IMG/VR virus record: IMGVR_UViG_3300043372_000090 | Location: 2,655-66,654 of that record | Strand: one strand, 5' to 3' | Origin: a virus | Lineage: Duplodnaviria; Caudoviricetes | Length of the DNA: 64,000 bases | Shown here: positions 1 through 6,070 of the stretch, piece by piece | Position numbering within the stretch: position 1 is the stretch's first letter | How the letters are laid out: every line of letters begins with the position of its first letter | Made by a program: the position numbers and the translations under genes | The notes under the pieces: generated by a model | Told to the model about the DNA's origin: nothing | Databases searched by the model: none | What the model saw: only the letters and a program-made list of their open reading frames with translations

Positions 1-63
1 ATCACCGTTTTCAGTGGTAGTTACTAACCAGCCACATTTAAAGTTTCTCGTTCTAATCATTGT

Positions 64-270
64 TTAGTAACCTAACCTCCTGCTACGTGCTGACTTCTCA
101 TCAGCAGTACGTGCATCTTGAATCATTTGATCTAACTGCCTCGTTAGACTCTTGAGATGCTCTTCGTTTGCACGTATTGTGTTGCCTGTGCGGGACCATG
201 TCTTGTACATGCACCGTGACAACTCAGATATCTCAGCTTGAAGCATGAGGATGTCGTTATTTTGTTTCAT
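64..270 (-). CDS. hypothetical protein (coiled-coil-like), first gene downstream of hammerhead HH1
   Basis: 68-aa ORF with an AAGGT SD-like element upstream; same strand as the rest of the arm. Confidence 0.7.
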   Translation of the reverse strand: MKQNNDILMLQAEISELSRCMYKTWSRTGNTIRANEEHLKSLTRQLDQMIQDARTADEKSARSRRLGY

Positions 271-302
271 AAGTGTTACCTTTGTTCTTATGTAGCCGCT
301 TG

Positions 303-374
303 TTAAGCCTGACTCATCAGTGTGGGTAGGCTAATTCCCACAGACTTCTCCGCATGGGAGAAGTTTCGTCTTAA
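303..374 (-). ncRNA. hammerhead ribozyme HH1, type II (stem II open), with loop I pseudoknot
   Basis: Minus strand reads GAC-GAAA-CUUCUCC(CAUGC)GGAGAAG-UC^-UGUGGG(AAUUAGCCUA)CCCACA-CUGAUGA-GUC-AGGCU. Full core present; GUC cleavage predicted between 343 and 342. Confidence 0.92.
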
Positions 375-814
375 ATGAGGCCCGTTGCCTTCATCGCGTA
401 GTGCTCAAGAATCTTGGCTTGCGCCACGTAGGTGCCATACCACAGAGGGTAGCCAGCACCTTTTATTGTCAACAAGCAATCAAGCTTGAAGGGATATGTG
501 TTTCGGCTCTTTTTCACGACAGCCTTTTTGTTTGTGTGTTGCTCAAGCCACACGGCAAACTCTTTTGCCTCATCCTCTGTAATGAACAGCAGCATTTGTT
601 TATGGCCTTCTGGGTTGAGGGTTATTACGTCCTCATTGTCCTCAGTTTTAAGGACAAACGGTACGTTTGGCCAATCGAGCAGTTCTTTCTCGTCATGGCC
701 AAATTCCTGAGCGTCTTGGCGAATCAGTGCCAATACGTTGTCGCGCTCAAGGCGCACCTCTTTTGCAAGGTGCGCCACTTCCATCTTCTTCTTGATCTCG
801 TTAAAAAACTTCAC
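371..814 (-). CDS. hypothetical protein
   Basis: ORF track gives 371..844; GTG at 814 preceded by GGAGA is the likelier start. Confidence 0.7.
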   Translation of the reverse strand: MKFFNEIKKKMEVAHLAKEVRLERDNVLALIRQDAQEFGHDEKELLDWPNVPFVLKTEDNEDVITLNPEGHKQMLLFITEDEAKEFAVWLEQHTNKKAVVKKSRNTYPFKLDCLLTIKGAGYPLWYGTYVAQAKILEHYAMKATGLI

Positions 815-978
815 TTTGTTTCTCCATTGCACGTACAGTTGCACGTGCGGTGCGTCTTCTTACCAGTAAGCCAAAACTCCTCCGCTGTCATGCCTTGACC
901 GCCGATAAACCCGGCAATTGAAATCATGACAAGCATAGTAACTCCTATGCCCTTCCAACTAAACTCTTTAAATCTCAT
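811..978 (-). CDS. small membrane protein (55 aa) with C-terminal CxCxC, absent from ORF track
   Basis: Reads MRFKEFSWKGIGVTMLVMISIAGFIGGQGMTAEEFWLTGKKTHRTCNCTCNGETK; ATGA overlap upstream and GTGA overlap downstream; fills the gap exactly. Confidence 0.75.
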   Translation of the reverse strand: MRFKEFSWKGIGVTMLVMISIAGFIGGQGMTAEEFWLTGKKTHRTCNCTCNGETK

Positions 979-1607
979 TTTGTTTCTTCCTTCTCATCCT
1001 CGTAGTATGTAAAATCTATGCCTTTAGCGTCGATTACTTGTTGTTTGTGTATAGCCTTGCACTTCTCAAGGTGCTCAAACCATCCACCCTTGCCATGACG
1101 CAATAACTCCATGCGGTCAATGATCGCCATTAAGTGTGTTCCGGGCCTTGTTGGATTGGTTCGGATATCAGCAATCTTGATGCTCGTTGTTGTATTACCG
1201 AACCGAGTTACGATGTCGGCAAACATGTGGACCTCCCAATCACCATCAGGCTCACATGTCATCCAAAGACAGCCAGTTGTTGTGTGAACGGTAGCTGGGT
1301 CTTGTGAACCACAGAACAACTTATGTGCCATTGCGTACCAGTTCAACGCTTCGTTGTATTCCTCATTGACAATGCACATAAATGCGCATTGAAGATACAT
1401 ACGAGCATCGCTCGTCGCATGTTCGTCAAAGTAAGTTCTTTCTTCAACTTGCTCTTCCCAGTACGTACGCTTTATCAGCACGTTCGAGAGAATAGTGGCA
1501 CAAATGCTGTCCACGTCACGCTTGGCGTCGCTATATACAACAGGGGAAGGAATATCCCCGTAGTAGGGGAAGGTTATGTTGAAACGGTTTTCCATGAGGT
1601 ACCTCAT
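975..1607 (-). CDS. hypothetical protein (true start may be ATG 1595, after GAGGT)
   Basis: 210-aa ORF immediately downstream of HH2. Confidence 0.75.
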   Translation of the reverse strand: MRYLMENRFNITFPYYGDIPSPVVYSDAKRDVDSICATILSNVLIKRTYWEEQVEERTYFDEHATSDARMYLQCAFMCIVNEEYNEALNWYAMAHKLFCGSQDPATVHTTTGCLWMTCEPDGDWEVHMFADIVTRFGNTTTSIKIADIRTNPTRPGTHLMAIIDRMELLRHGKGGWFEHLEKCKAIHKQQVIDAKGIDFTYYEDEKEETK

Positions 1608-1637
1608 TGTTTGTTTTGATATCTGATAAGTAAGTAA

Positions 1638-1696
1638 AACGTGTTTCGGCTTGACTGCCTCATCAGTCCATAGGAATCACCCTATGAATACACGTT
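1638..1696 (-). ncRNA. hammerhead ribozyme HH2, type III
   Basis: AACGUG-UA^-UUCAUAGG(GUGAUU)CCUAUGGA-CUGAUGA-GGC(AGUCAA)GCC-GAAA-CACGUU; canonical core; cleavage predicted 1689/1688; loops I and II are complementary. Confidence 0.93.
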
Positions 1697-1727
1697 GGGG
1701 TGGCACGTTAGCACCACCCCGTAGTTG

Positions 1728-1859
1728 TTAGTGACCGTATCGATGCATTGGGAGCGTTGATAGCGCCCAATACATGAACATCAACCCACCAACGATGATG
1801 ATGGCCGTAATGCCATCTAGCACGAACTGGACTAGCCAGTGGTGACGCCGTTGTTTCAT
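1728..1859 (-). CDS. small membrane protein (43 aa), absent from ORF track
   Basis: Reads MKQRRHHWLVQFVLDGITAIIIVGGLMFMYWALSTLPMHRYGH; ATGA overlap with 1856..2104. Confidence 0.7.
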   Translation of the reverse strand: MKQRRHHWLVQFVLDGITAIIIVGGLMFMYWALSTLPMHRYGH

Positions 1860-2104
1860 CTGCCACCGATCCTTCGTGCCAACGCTACAACGTCAACATC
1901 GTCTGATGCGCCCATGATGCGGGCGAGCGATACCATCTCGCGCTCCAGTTGTGCCCACGACAGGATGTGCCCAGTGAAGCCCATCTCACCATGGGCACTC
2001 TTCAACGTAATCGTTGTCTGTCCGCTAGGTGTTGGAGTCGAAATGCTAACCGAGTACTTGCGGTTTTGTGTCAGAAACAAGCCATTGAATTGCATGGCAT
2101 TCAC
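1856..2104 (-). CDS. hypothetical protein
   Basis: 82-aa ORF with GAGGTG SD directly after HH3. Confidence 0.75.
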   Translation of the reverse strand: MNAMQFNGLFLTQNRKYSVSISTPTPSGQTTITLKSAHGEMGFTGHILSWAQLEREMVSLARIMGASDDVDVVALARRIGGR

Positions 2105-2114
2105 CTCTTTGTTG

Positions 2115-2178
2115 TGTTACGTTTCGCCTGTAGACTGGCCTCGTCAGCTCATTGGCATCACCCAATGAGGACATAACA
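2115..2178 (-). ncRNA. hammerhead ribozyme HH3, type III, extra G after A9
   Basis: UGUUAUG-UC^-CUCAUUGG(GUGAUG)CCAAUGAG-CUGACGA-G-GCC(AGUCUACA)GGC-GAAA-CGUAACA; cleavage predicted 2170/2169. Confidence 0.88.
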
Positions 2179-2202
2179 AAATAAAGGGGGGCTTTCGCCC
2201 CC
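2177..2202 (-). terminator. intrinsic terminator-like hairpin abutting HH3
   Basis: GGGGGC-GAAA-GCCCCC followed by CUUUAUUUU on the minus strand. Confidence 0.7.
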
Positions 2203-2213
2203 ACATCCCGACA

Positions 2214-2495
2214 TCATCCCTTGGTGAAGGTGCAGTTGTCGTACTCGAACGTTGCAGGTGTACCATTCCAATGACGTGCAATCCAATACGCGCCTTCAAC
2301 GTCGATTGGCTTGATGGTGTGTGAACGACTTGCACATGCCAGCATCTTCAAGAGGTATGCGTCCGTCCAGTTGGACATCTGGTGTACGAATGTTTCACCA
2401 TCGTCAATGACGTATGGACCTTTAGTGGTTGTTAGCGTCCACGTAGCGACTTGATAGGGAACAGATTGTGTGTGTGTGTGTGTTGCGAATGACAT
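2214..2495 (-). CDS. hypothetical protein with an (AC)8 tract near the N-terminus
   Basis: ORF track start 2555 lies inside a terminator; ATG 2495 (MSFATHTHTQ) follows an AAGGA. Confidence 0.65.
   Translation of the reverse strand: MSFATHTHTQSVPYQVATWTLTTTKGPYVIDDGETFVHQMSNWTDAYLLKMLACASRSHTIKPIDVEGAYWIARHWNGTPATFEYDNCTFTKG
2467..2482. repeat. (TG)8 dinucleotide repeat
   Basis: tgtgtgtgtgtgtgtg read directly. Confidence 0.95.
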
Positions 2496-2527
2496 TGGCT
2501 CATTATCCTTTTGTTTTTTGTTTTCAG

Positions 2528-2563
2528 AAAAAAAGTGACACCCGGTGGATTGCACCGGGTGTC
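2528..2563 (-). terminator. intrinsic terminator
   Basis: 11-bp perfect stem GACACCCGGTG/CACCGGGTGTC, 5-nt loop, then AC-U7 on the minus strand. Confidence 0.85.
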
Positions 2564-2571
2564 TGGGGGGA

Positions 2572-2937
2572 CTATTCGTCCCCGTCTACACCCAACATAG
2601 CGGTTCCAAGGGCGTCTGCGGTGAGACCCTTGATGGATTGTGCGACAAAGTCGATATCCTTGCCGGTAGTATCCAATACAGGCGCGAGTTTAGCGGACAA
2701 TGTTGCCAGTACCGCTTTATAGTTATCAGGCGTGGTTTTACGACGCTTGATTCCTTGAATGTAGGCAGTTTCGACAGGTTGCAATACTTTGTTCGCTGTC
2801 GACTTCGACATGAGCATACCGATTGCAATGTGCGATTCTATCGCCGCGATTGCCTTAGAATATGCCGCCTGCGCGCCTGCGTAGACTGTTAGCGCGGGTT
2901 TTGATGCGGGTGTTGATGCGGGTGTTGATGTTGCCAT
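2572..2937 (-). CDS. hypothetical protein with N-terminal PAST/PASK repeats, first gene after HH4
   Basis: ATG 2937 follows GAAGGAA; the ORF-track extension to 3066 runs through the ribozyme and is unlikely to be translated. Confidence 0.75.
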   Translation of the reverse strand: MATSTPASTPASKPALTVYAGAQAAYSKAIAAIESHIAIGMLMSKSTANKVLQPVETAYIQGIKRRKTTPDNYKAVLATLSAKLAPVLDTTGKDIDFVAQSIKGLTADALGTAMLGVDGDE

Positions 2938-2959
2938 CGTTTTATGTTTCCTTCGTTTT

Positions 2960-3019
2960 GATGTTTCGGCTATAACCTGCCTTCGTCGGGCATTATCAGG
3001 TGAACGATAATACGACATC
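2960..3019 (-). ncRNA. hammerhead ribozyme HH4, type III variant (U4C core, extra A after A9)
   Basis: GAUG-UC^-GUAUUAUC(GUUCACCU)GAUAAUGC-CCGACGA-A-GGC(AGGUUAUA)GCC-GAAA-CAUC; cleavage predicted 3014/3013; loop ACCU is complementary to loop AGGU. Confidence 0.8.
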
Positions 3020-3275
3020 GGAATGGAAGAACGTAACCGAACGACCCCGGAGGGCGTCCACACCATGTATGTAGACCGGGATTTAGGGCACAGTCACGTG
3101 GGGTGGTGGGGTGGGGCTTAGACCCGGCATGGCAAGGGGGTGCCCCGGTTGGCACGGCACAGTAGTGACTCCAAACCATATATTCTCAGCTATCCTCTAT
3201 CTATTTCTCCCATCGGAGAAACTGTTTCTCCCCGTAGAAAATAGGTTCCATACGGTTTTGCTACACTTTGCACTA

Positions 3276-3284
3276 TGTTATACT
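3276..3284 (+). promoter_or_regulatory. extended -10 promoter (TGtTATACT), probably leaderless
   Basis: TGTTATACT followed by 7 nt and ATG 3292; no SD. Confidence 0.6.
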
Positions 3285-3291
3285 TTCGATT

Positions 3292-3825
3292 ATGGCTAAT
3301 CAATTTAAATCAGGTAAAGAAGCAGGTGGGTACTTATTTGATGTTGCTATCCGTAAGGGTAAGGCTGCTGCAAGGGATGAGTGGGAACGCATTGTGAGCA
3401 GCTTGCCTAAAGATCAAAAACAGGCTTTTATCGATGCGTCAATTGATATTTACGAACAAAAGCATATTAAAGAAAATGAGGGCTTAGGAGCGGCTAAGGT
3501 ACAGCGTTATCGTGAAAAAGCTGCCAAGAACATGCCAGTTGATTATGAAAAAGAGTTTGCTAAAAAACCAGAATCAAAACCAGTTGCAAAACCTACGCCT
3601 AAGCCAGCCGCAAAACCTGCAACTAAACCAGTTCCAATGGAAGATGAAAAAGGCTTTCGTCCATATGGAGGCGGTACAACCACTGGTAATACTGTACGCA
3701 AGTTGATTGATGTAAAAGCGGATAAGCCAGCTCCTAACAGTCGGCCAACAATTGGTACTGGTGCTGCAGGAATGCTAGATCTAAACGCACTTGCATTAAA
3801 ACCTAGTGGCAAGGCACCTAAATAA
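3292..3825 (+). CDS. hypothetical protein with K/P/A-rich linker (KPVAKPTPKPAAKPATKP)
   Basis: ORF track 3268..3825; ATG 3292 sits 7 nt after the -10 hexamer. Confidence 0.75.
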   Translation: MANQFKSGKEAGGYLFDVAIRKGKAAARDEWERIVSSLPKDQKQAFIDASIDIYEQKHIKENEGLGAAKVQRYREKAAKNMPVDYEKEFAKKPESKPVAKPTPKPAAKPATKPVPMEDEKGFRPYGGGTTTGNTVRKLIDVKADKPAPNSRPTIGTGAAGMLDLNALALKPSGKAPK

Positions 3826-3843
3826 GATATACTTACGGTATCT

Positions 3844-3915
3844 TCCTACTTAGCTCAGCGGTAGAGCATCCGGCTGTTAACCGGACGGTCGCTGGTTCGA
3901 TCCCAGCAGTAGGAG
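3844..3915 (+). tRNA. tRNA-Asn (GTT), CCA not encoded
   Basis: Acceptor TCCTACT/AGTAGGA, D arm GCTC..GAGC, anticodon stem TCCGG-CTGTTAA-CCGGA, T loop TTCGATC. Confidence 0.96.
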
Positions 3916-3938
3916 TATAATCGATGTGAGGTATAGAT

Positions 3939-4220
3939 ATGCATGAAGAAGGCAGACAATACAACACACCACAGCTGCAGAATAGGAATCGACGTAACGC
4001 AGAATATATCCGACATGGATTGAAAGAGGATCGTGATAAACGAGTTGAGGACATGGGAGCGCAAGCTAAACAGCATGCTGCTTATATAAATGTTATGAAC
4101 AAAACCAGTCCAGAAATCAAAGCTACTGTCAATAAACCTGTGTATACAAAGGTAAGTAACAAGCAAGCAGCAGAAGCCATGTCAGGTACATCGTATTCTA
4201 AGCTCCTCAAATTTAAATAG
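3939..4220 (+). CDS. hypothetical protein
   Basis: 93-aa ORF with TATAAT at 3916 and GAGGT SD. Confidence 0.7.
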   Translation: MHEEGRQYNTPQLQNRNRRNAEYIRHGLKEDRDKRVEDMGAQAKQHAAYINVMNKTSPEIKATVNKPVYTKVSNKQAAEAMSGTSYSKLLKFK

Positions 4221-4263
4221 ATTCCCCATGCATGTAAACGCACCGGGATGGTATAGTTAGATC

Positions 4264-4367
4264 GCCACCGAGAGGTGAGCTTTGAAAGGCCAGAAACCTC
4301 CTCTTCTTGCCCGACAAATTCTAACTCTGCAAACAATTAAGACCAGTCAGCCACGCTGGTCTTTTTT
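4264..4367 (+). ncRNA. candidate small RNA with anti-SD motif
   Basis: TGgTATAGT promoter at 4249-4257, 5' GNRA hairpin CACC-GAGA-GGTG, ACCTCCTCTTCTT segment, 3' terminator; no plausible ORF. Confidence 0.5.
4339..4367 (+). terminator. intrinsic terminator
   Basis: AAGACCAG/CTGGTCTT stem followed by a T tract. Confidence 0.8.
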
Positions 4368-4409
4368 GTTGTTATACTACAAACACCAGTTGATAGTAGG
4401 AGGCAGTCA

Positions 4410-5303
4410 ATGACAGTAATTGAATACATAACGGATCAAAGTCCATTTGTGCTGTGTTTGATGAGTGATCTACACATAGGTGGCTTACACGTAGATTACA
4501 AACTGATTGAAAAGGAATTAGCCGATGCAAAAAAGCGCGGAGCTAAGATACTTATTAATGGTGATGTATTCGACGCCATACTTCCCGGTGATCGCAAACG
4601 ATATCGCGCTAATAATCTTCACCCTCGTTTATACGACGCTGGAGACGATATGCTTGGCGAATCTATACGGTGGGCATATGAAATCCTAGCTCCATATAAA
4701 GATGACATTATTATGATTGGAGATGGAAATCATGATGATGCCGTCGCAAGATACCACCACATAGAGCCTGTTAAGCATTTAATCGTAATGCTAAATGGTG
4801 CTGACGGTAAGATTCAATATGGCGGATATCACGGCTTCATTCATGTACAACTGCGTCCTTTTAGCGACACTCATTACGGACACTACGTCATTCACTATCA
4901 CCACGGAGCCGGGGGCGCCGCGCCAGTAACTAAGGGCGCTATCACCTTTTCAAGGGCAGCTATGTGGATAGAAGGTGCAGACGCTATTTGGCGTGGGCAT
5001 ACACATCACAGGCAAGCTGGCAGGGACAACAAGGTAACGTTTAACAAGAGTGTTGTTGTGCCAGAGAACAGAGTGATGACACGAGATGTGCTTACACTGC
5101 GTACTGGATCATACTTTGACACATATGTAGGAACAACTAGCGAGCAGTTGTTAAAACATGGGCGTAGAGATTCATATGCTGCACTGTGGGATTCTCCCAC
5201 TCTCCCTAAAGGTGGACTTATGCTTACTTTAAATGCAGTCCATTCTAGGGACGTTCGCGGTAAAGGAAGTACAGTACTTGTTAAAGATACATTGGAGATG
5301 TAA
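4410..5303 (+). CDS. calcineurin-like metallophosphoesterase
   Basis: Motifs SDLH, NGDVFD, GNHD, HHG and GHTH in order; TGtTATACT promoter at 4370-4378; AGGAGG SD. Confidence 0.9.
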   Translation: MTVIEYITDQSPFVLCLMSDLHIGGLHVDYKLIEKELADAKKRGAKILINGDVFDAILPGDRKRYRANNLHPRLYDAGDDMLGESIRWAYEILAPYKDDIIMIGDGNHDDAVARYHHIEPVKHLIVMLNGADGKIQYGGYHGFIHVQLRPFSDTHYGHYVIHYHHGAGGAAPVTKGAITFSRAAMWIEGADAIWRGHTHHRQAGRDNKVTFNKSVVVPENRVMTRDVLTLRTGSYFDTYVGTTSEQLLKHGRRDSYAALWDSPTLPKGGLMLTLNAVHSRDVRGKGSTVLVKDTLEM

Positions 5304-5569
5304 TGACTATATTGCAAGCGTTTATTGTTGGTGTCGCAATAACATCGTTAGTGTTTTATGTCTATGACTACATTGCTGGGTACTTTGATTACCTGAAATT
5401 TAAAAAATGGTTGGTTGAAGTTGATGTAGACATCAGGTCATTAAGTGAATTAGACTTTGACAAGTACTTTGCAATGTGGGAAATAAGCAAATTACCAAAT
5501 ATAGTCATTGAGGAAGTAAAGGACAGGAGCAACGACAATGGCATCAGCGGAGAAAACGGATCCAAGTAA
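5303..5569 (+). CDS. small protein with N-terminal transmembrane helix
   Basis: ILQAFIVGVAITSLVFYVY hydrophobic stretch; TAATG overlap. Confidence 0.7.
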   Translation: MTILQAFIVGVAITSLVFYVYDYIAGYFDYLKFKKWLVEVDVDIRSLSELDFDKYFAMWEISKLPNIVIEEVKDRSNDNGISGENGSK

Positions 5570-5924
5570 GTGGAAAGCTATTGTCTCGCGAGTCAAATCA
5601 GGTACAAAGGGTGGAGATCCCGGCGAGTGGTCCGCCCGTAAAGCGCAACTTGCAACTCAACAGTATAAGAAGTCTGGTGGAGGCTATAAAGGCCCTAAAA
5701 CAAGCGACAATAGCCTAGCTAAATGGACAGATCAGAAGTGGAAAACCAGTGATGGGTCTCCCAGTGAAGGCAAAAAACGCTATCTCCCTGAAAAAGCGTG
5801 GGGTGCTTTATCATCCGGAGAAAAAGCTGCTACCAACCGTGCTAAAGCTGCAGGAAATAAAGCCGGAAAACAGTACGTAGCACAACCAAAATCAATTGCA
5901 CGTAAAACCCAAGGATATCGATAA
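5538..5924 (+). CDS. conserved basic phage protein (DUF5872-like)
   Basis: KGGDPGEWSARKAQL...YKKSGGGY and RYLPEKAW match a recurrent freshwater-phage family as recalled. Confidence 0.7.
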   Translation: MASAEKTDPSKWKAIVSRVKSGTKGGDPGEWSARKAQLATQQYKKSGGGYKGPKTSDNSLAKWTDQKWKTSDGSPSEGKKRYLPEKAWGALSSGEKAATNRAKAAGNKAGKQYVAQPKSIARKTQGYR

Positions 5925-5925
5925 A

Positions 5926-5951
5926 AAAAGCCCCTCTGTGAAGGGGGTTTT
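5926..5951 (+). terminator. probable bidirectional terminator
   Basis: A tract, GCCCCT...GGGGG hairpin, T tract. Confidence 0.65.
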
Positions 5952-5978
5952 ATATACTTACGGTATAATTAACCACAA

Positions 5979-6059
5979 CCCCAGTTGGTGGAATGGTAGA
6001 CACGACGGACTTAAAATCCGTTTCTGCAAAGAGTACAGGTTCGAGTCCCGTACTGGGGA
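5979..6059 (+). tRNA. tRNA-Leu (TAA), long variable arm, CCA not encoded
   Basis: Acceptor CCCCAGT/ACTGGGG, D arm GTG..CAC, anticodon stem ACGGA-CTTAAAA-TCCGT, T loop TTCGAGT. Confidence 0.93.
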
Positions 6060-6070
6060 TGGAGAAGAAT

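Noticed and set aside
1-62. Direct circular join of window end to start, which would give a 20-aa ORF ending in TAA-ATG
   Set aside because: There is no terminal repeat and the length is exactly the window size, so the in-frame stop is most likely coincidence.
98-104. CUGAUGA on the minus strand
   Set aside because: It lies inside a coding region, with no stem II, GAAA or NUH arrangement around it.
811-978. Apparent structured ncRNA (GUCAUG/CAUGAC and GCACGU/ACGUGC stems) between two genes
   Set aside because: The interval is exactly filled by a coupled 55-aa membrane-protein ORF, and no ribozyme core fits.
401-3299. Plus-strand ORFs overlapping the leftward arm (401..898, 1839..2168, 2545..2892 and others)
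   Set aside because: They are antisense to a fully tiled, coupled minus-strand gene set and to the ribozymes.
4290-4326. HDV-like ribozyme suggested by CCUCCUC
   Set aside because: No P1 partner, P1.1 GG or J4/2 catalytic C could be placed; an anti-SD reading fits better.
5993-6070. N-terminal extension of ThyX in the ORF track
   Set aside because: It overlaps tRNA-Leu, and ATG 6071 has its own SD.
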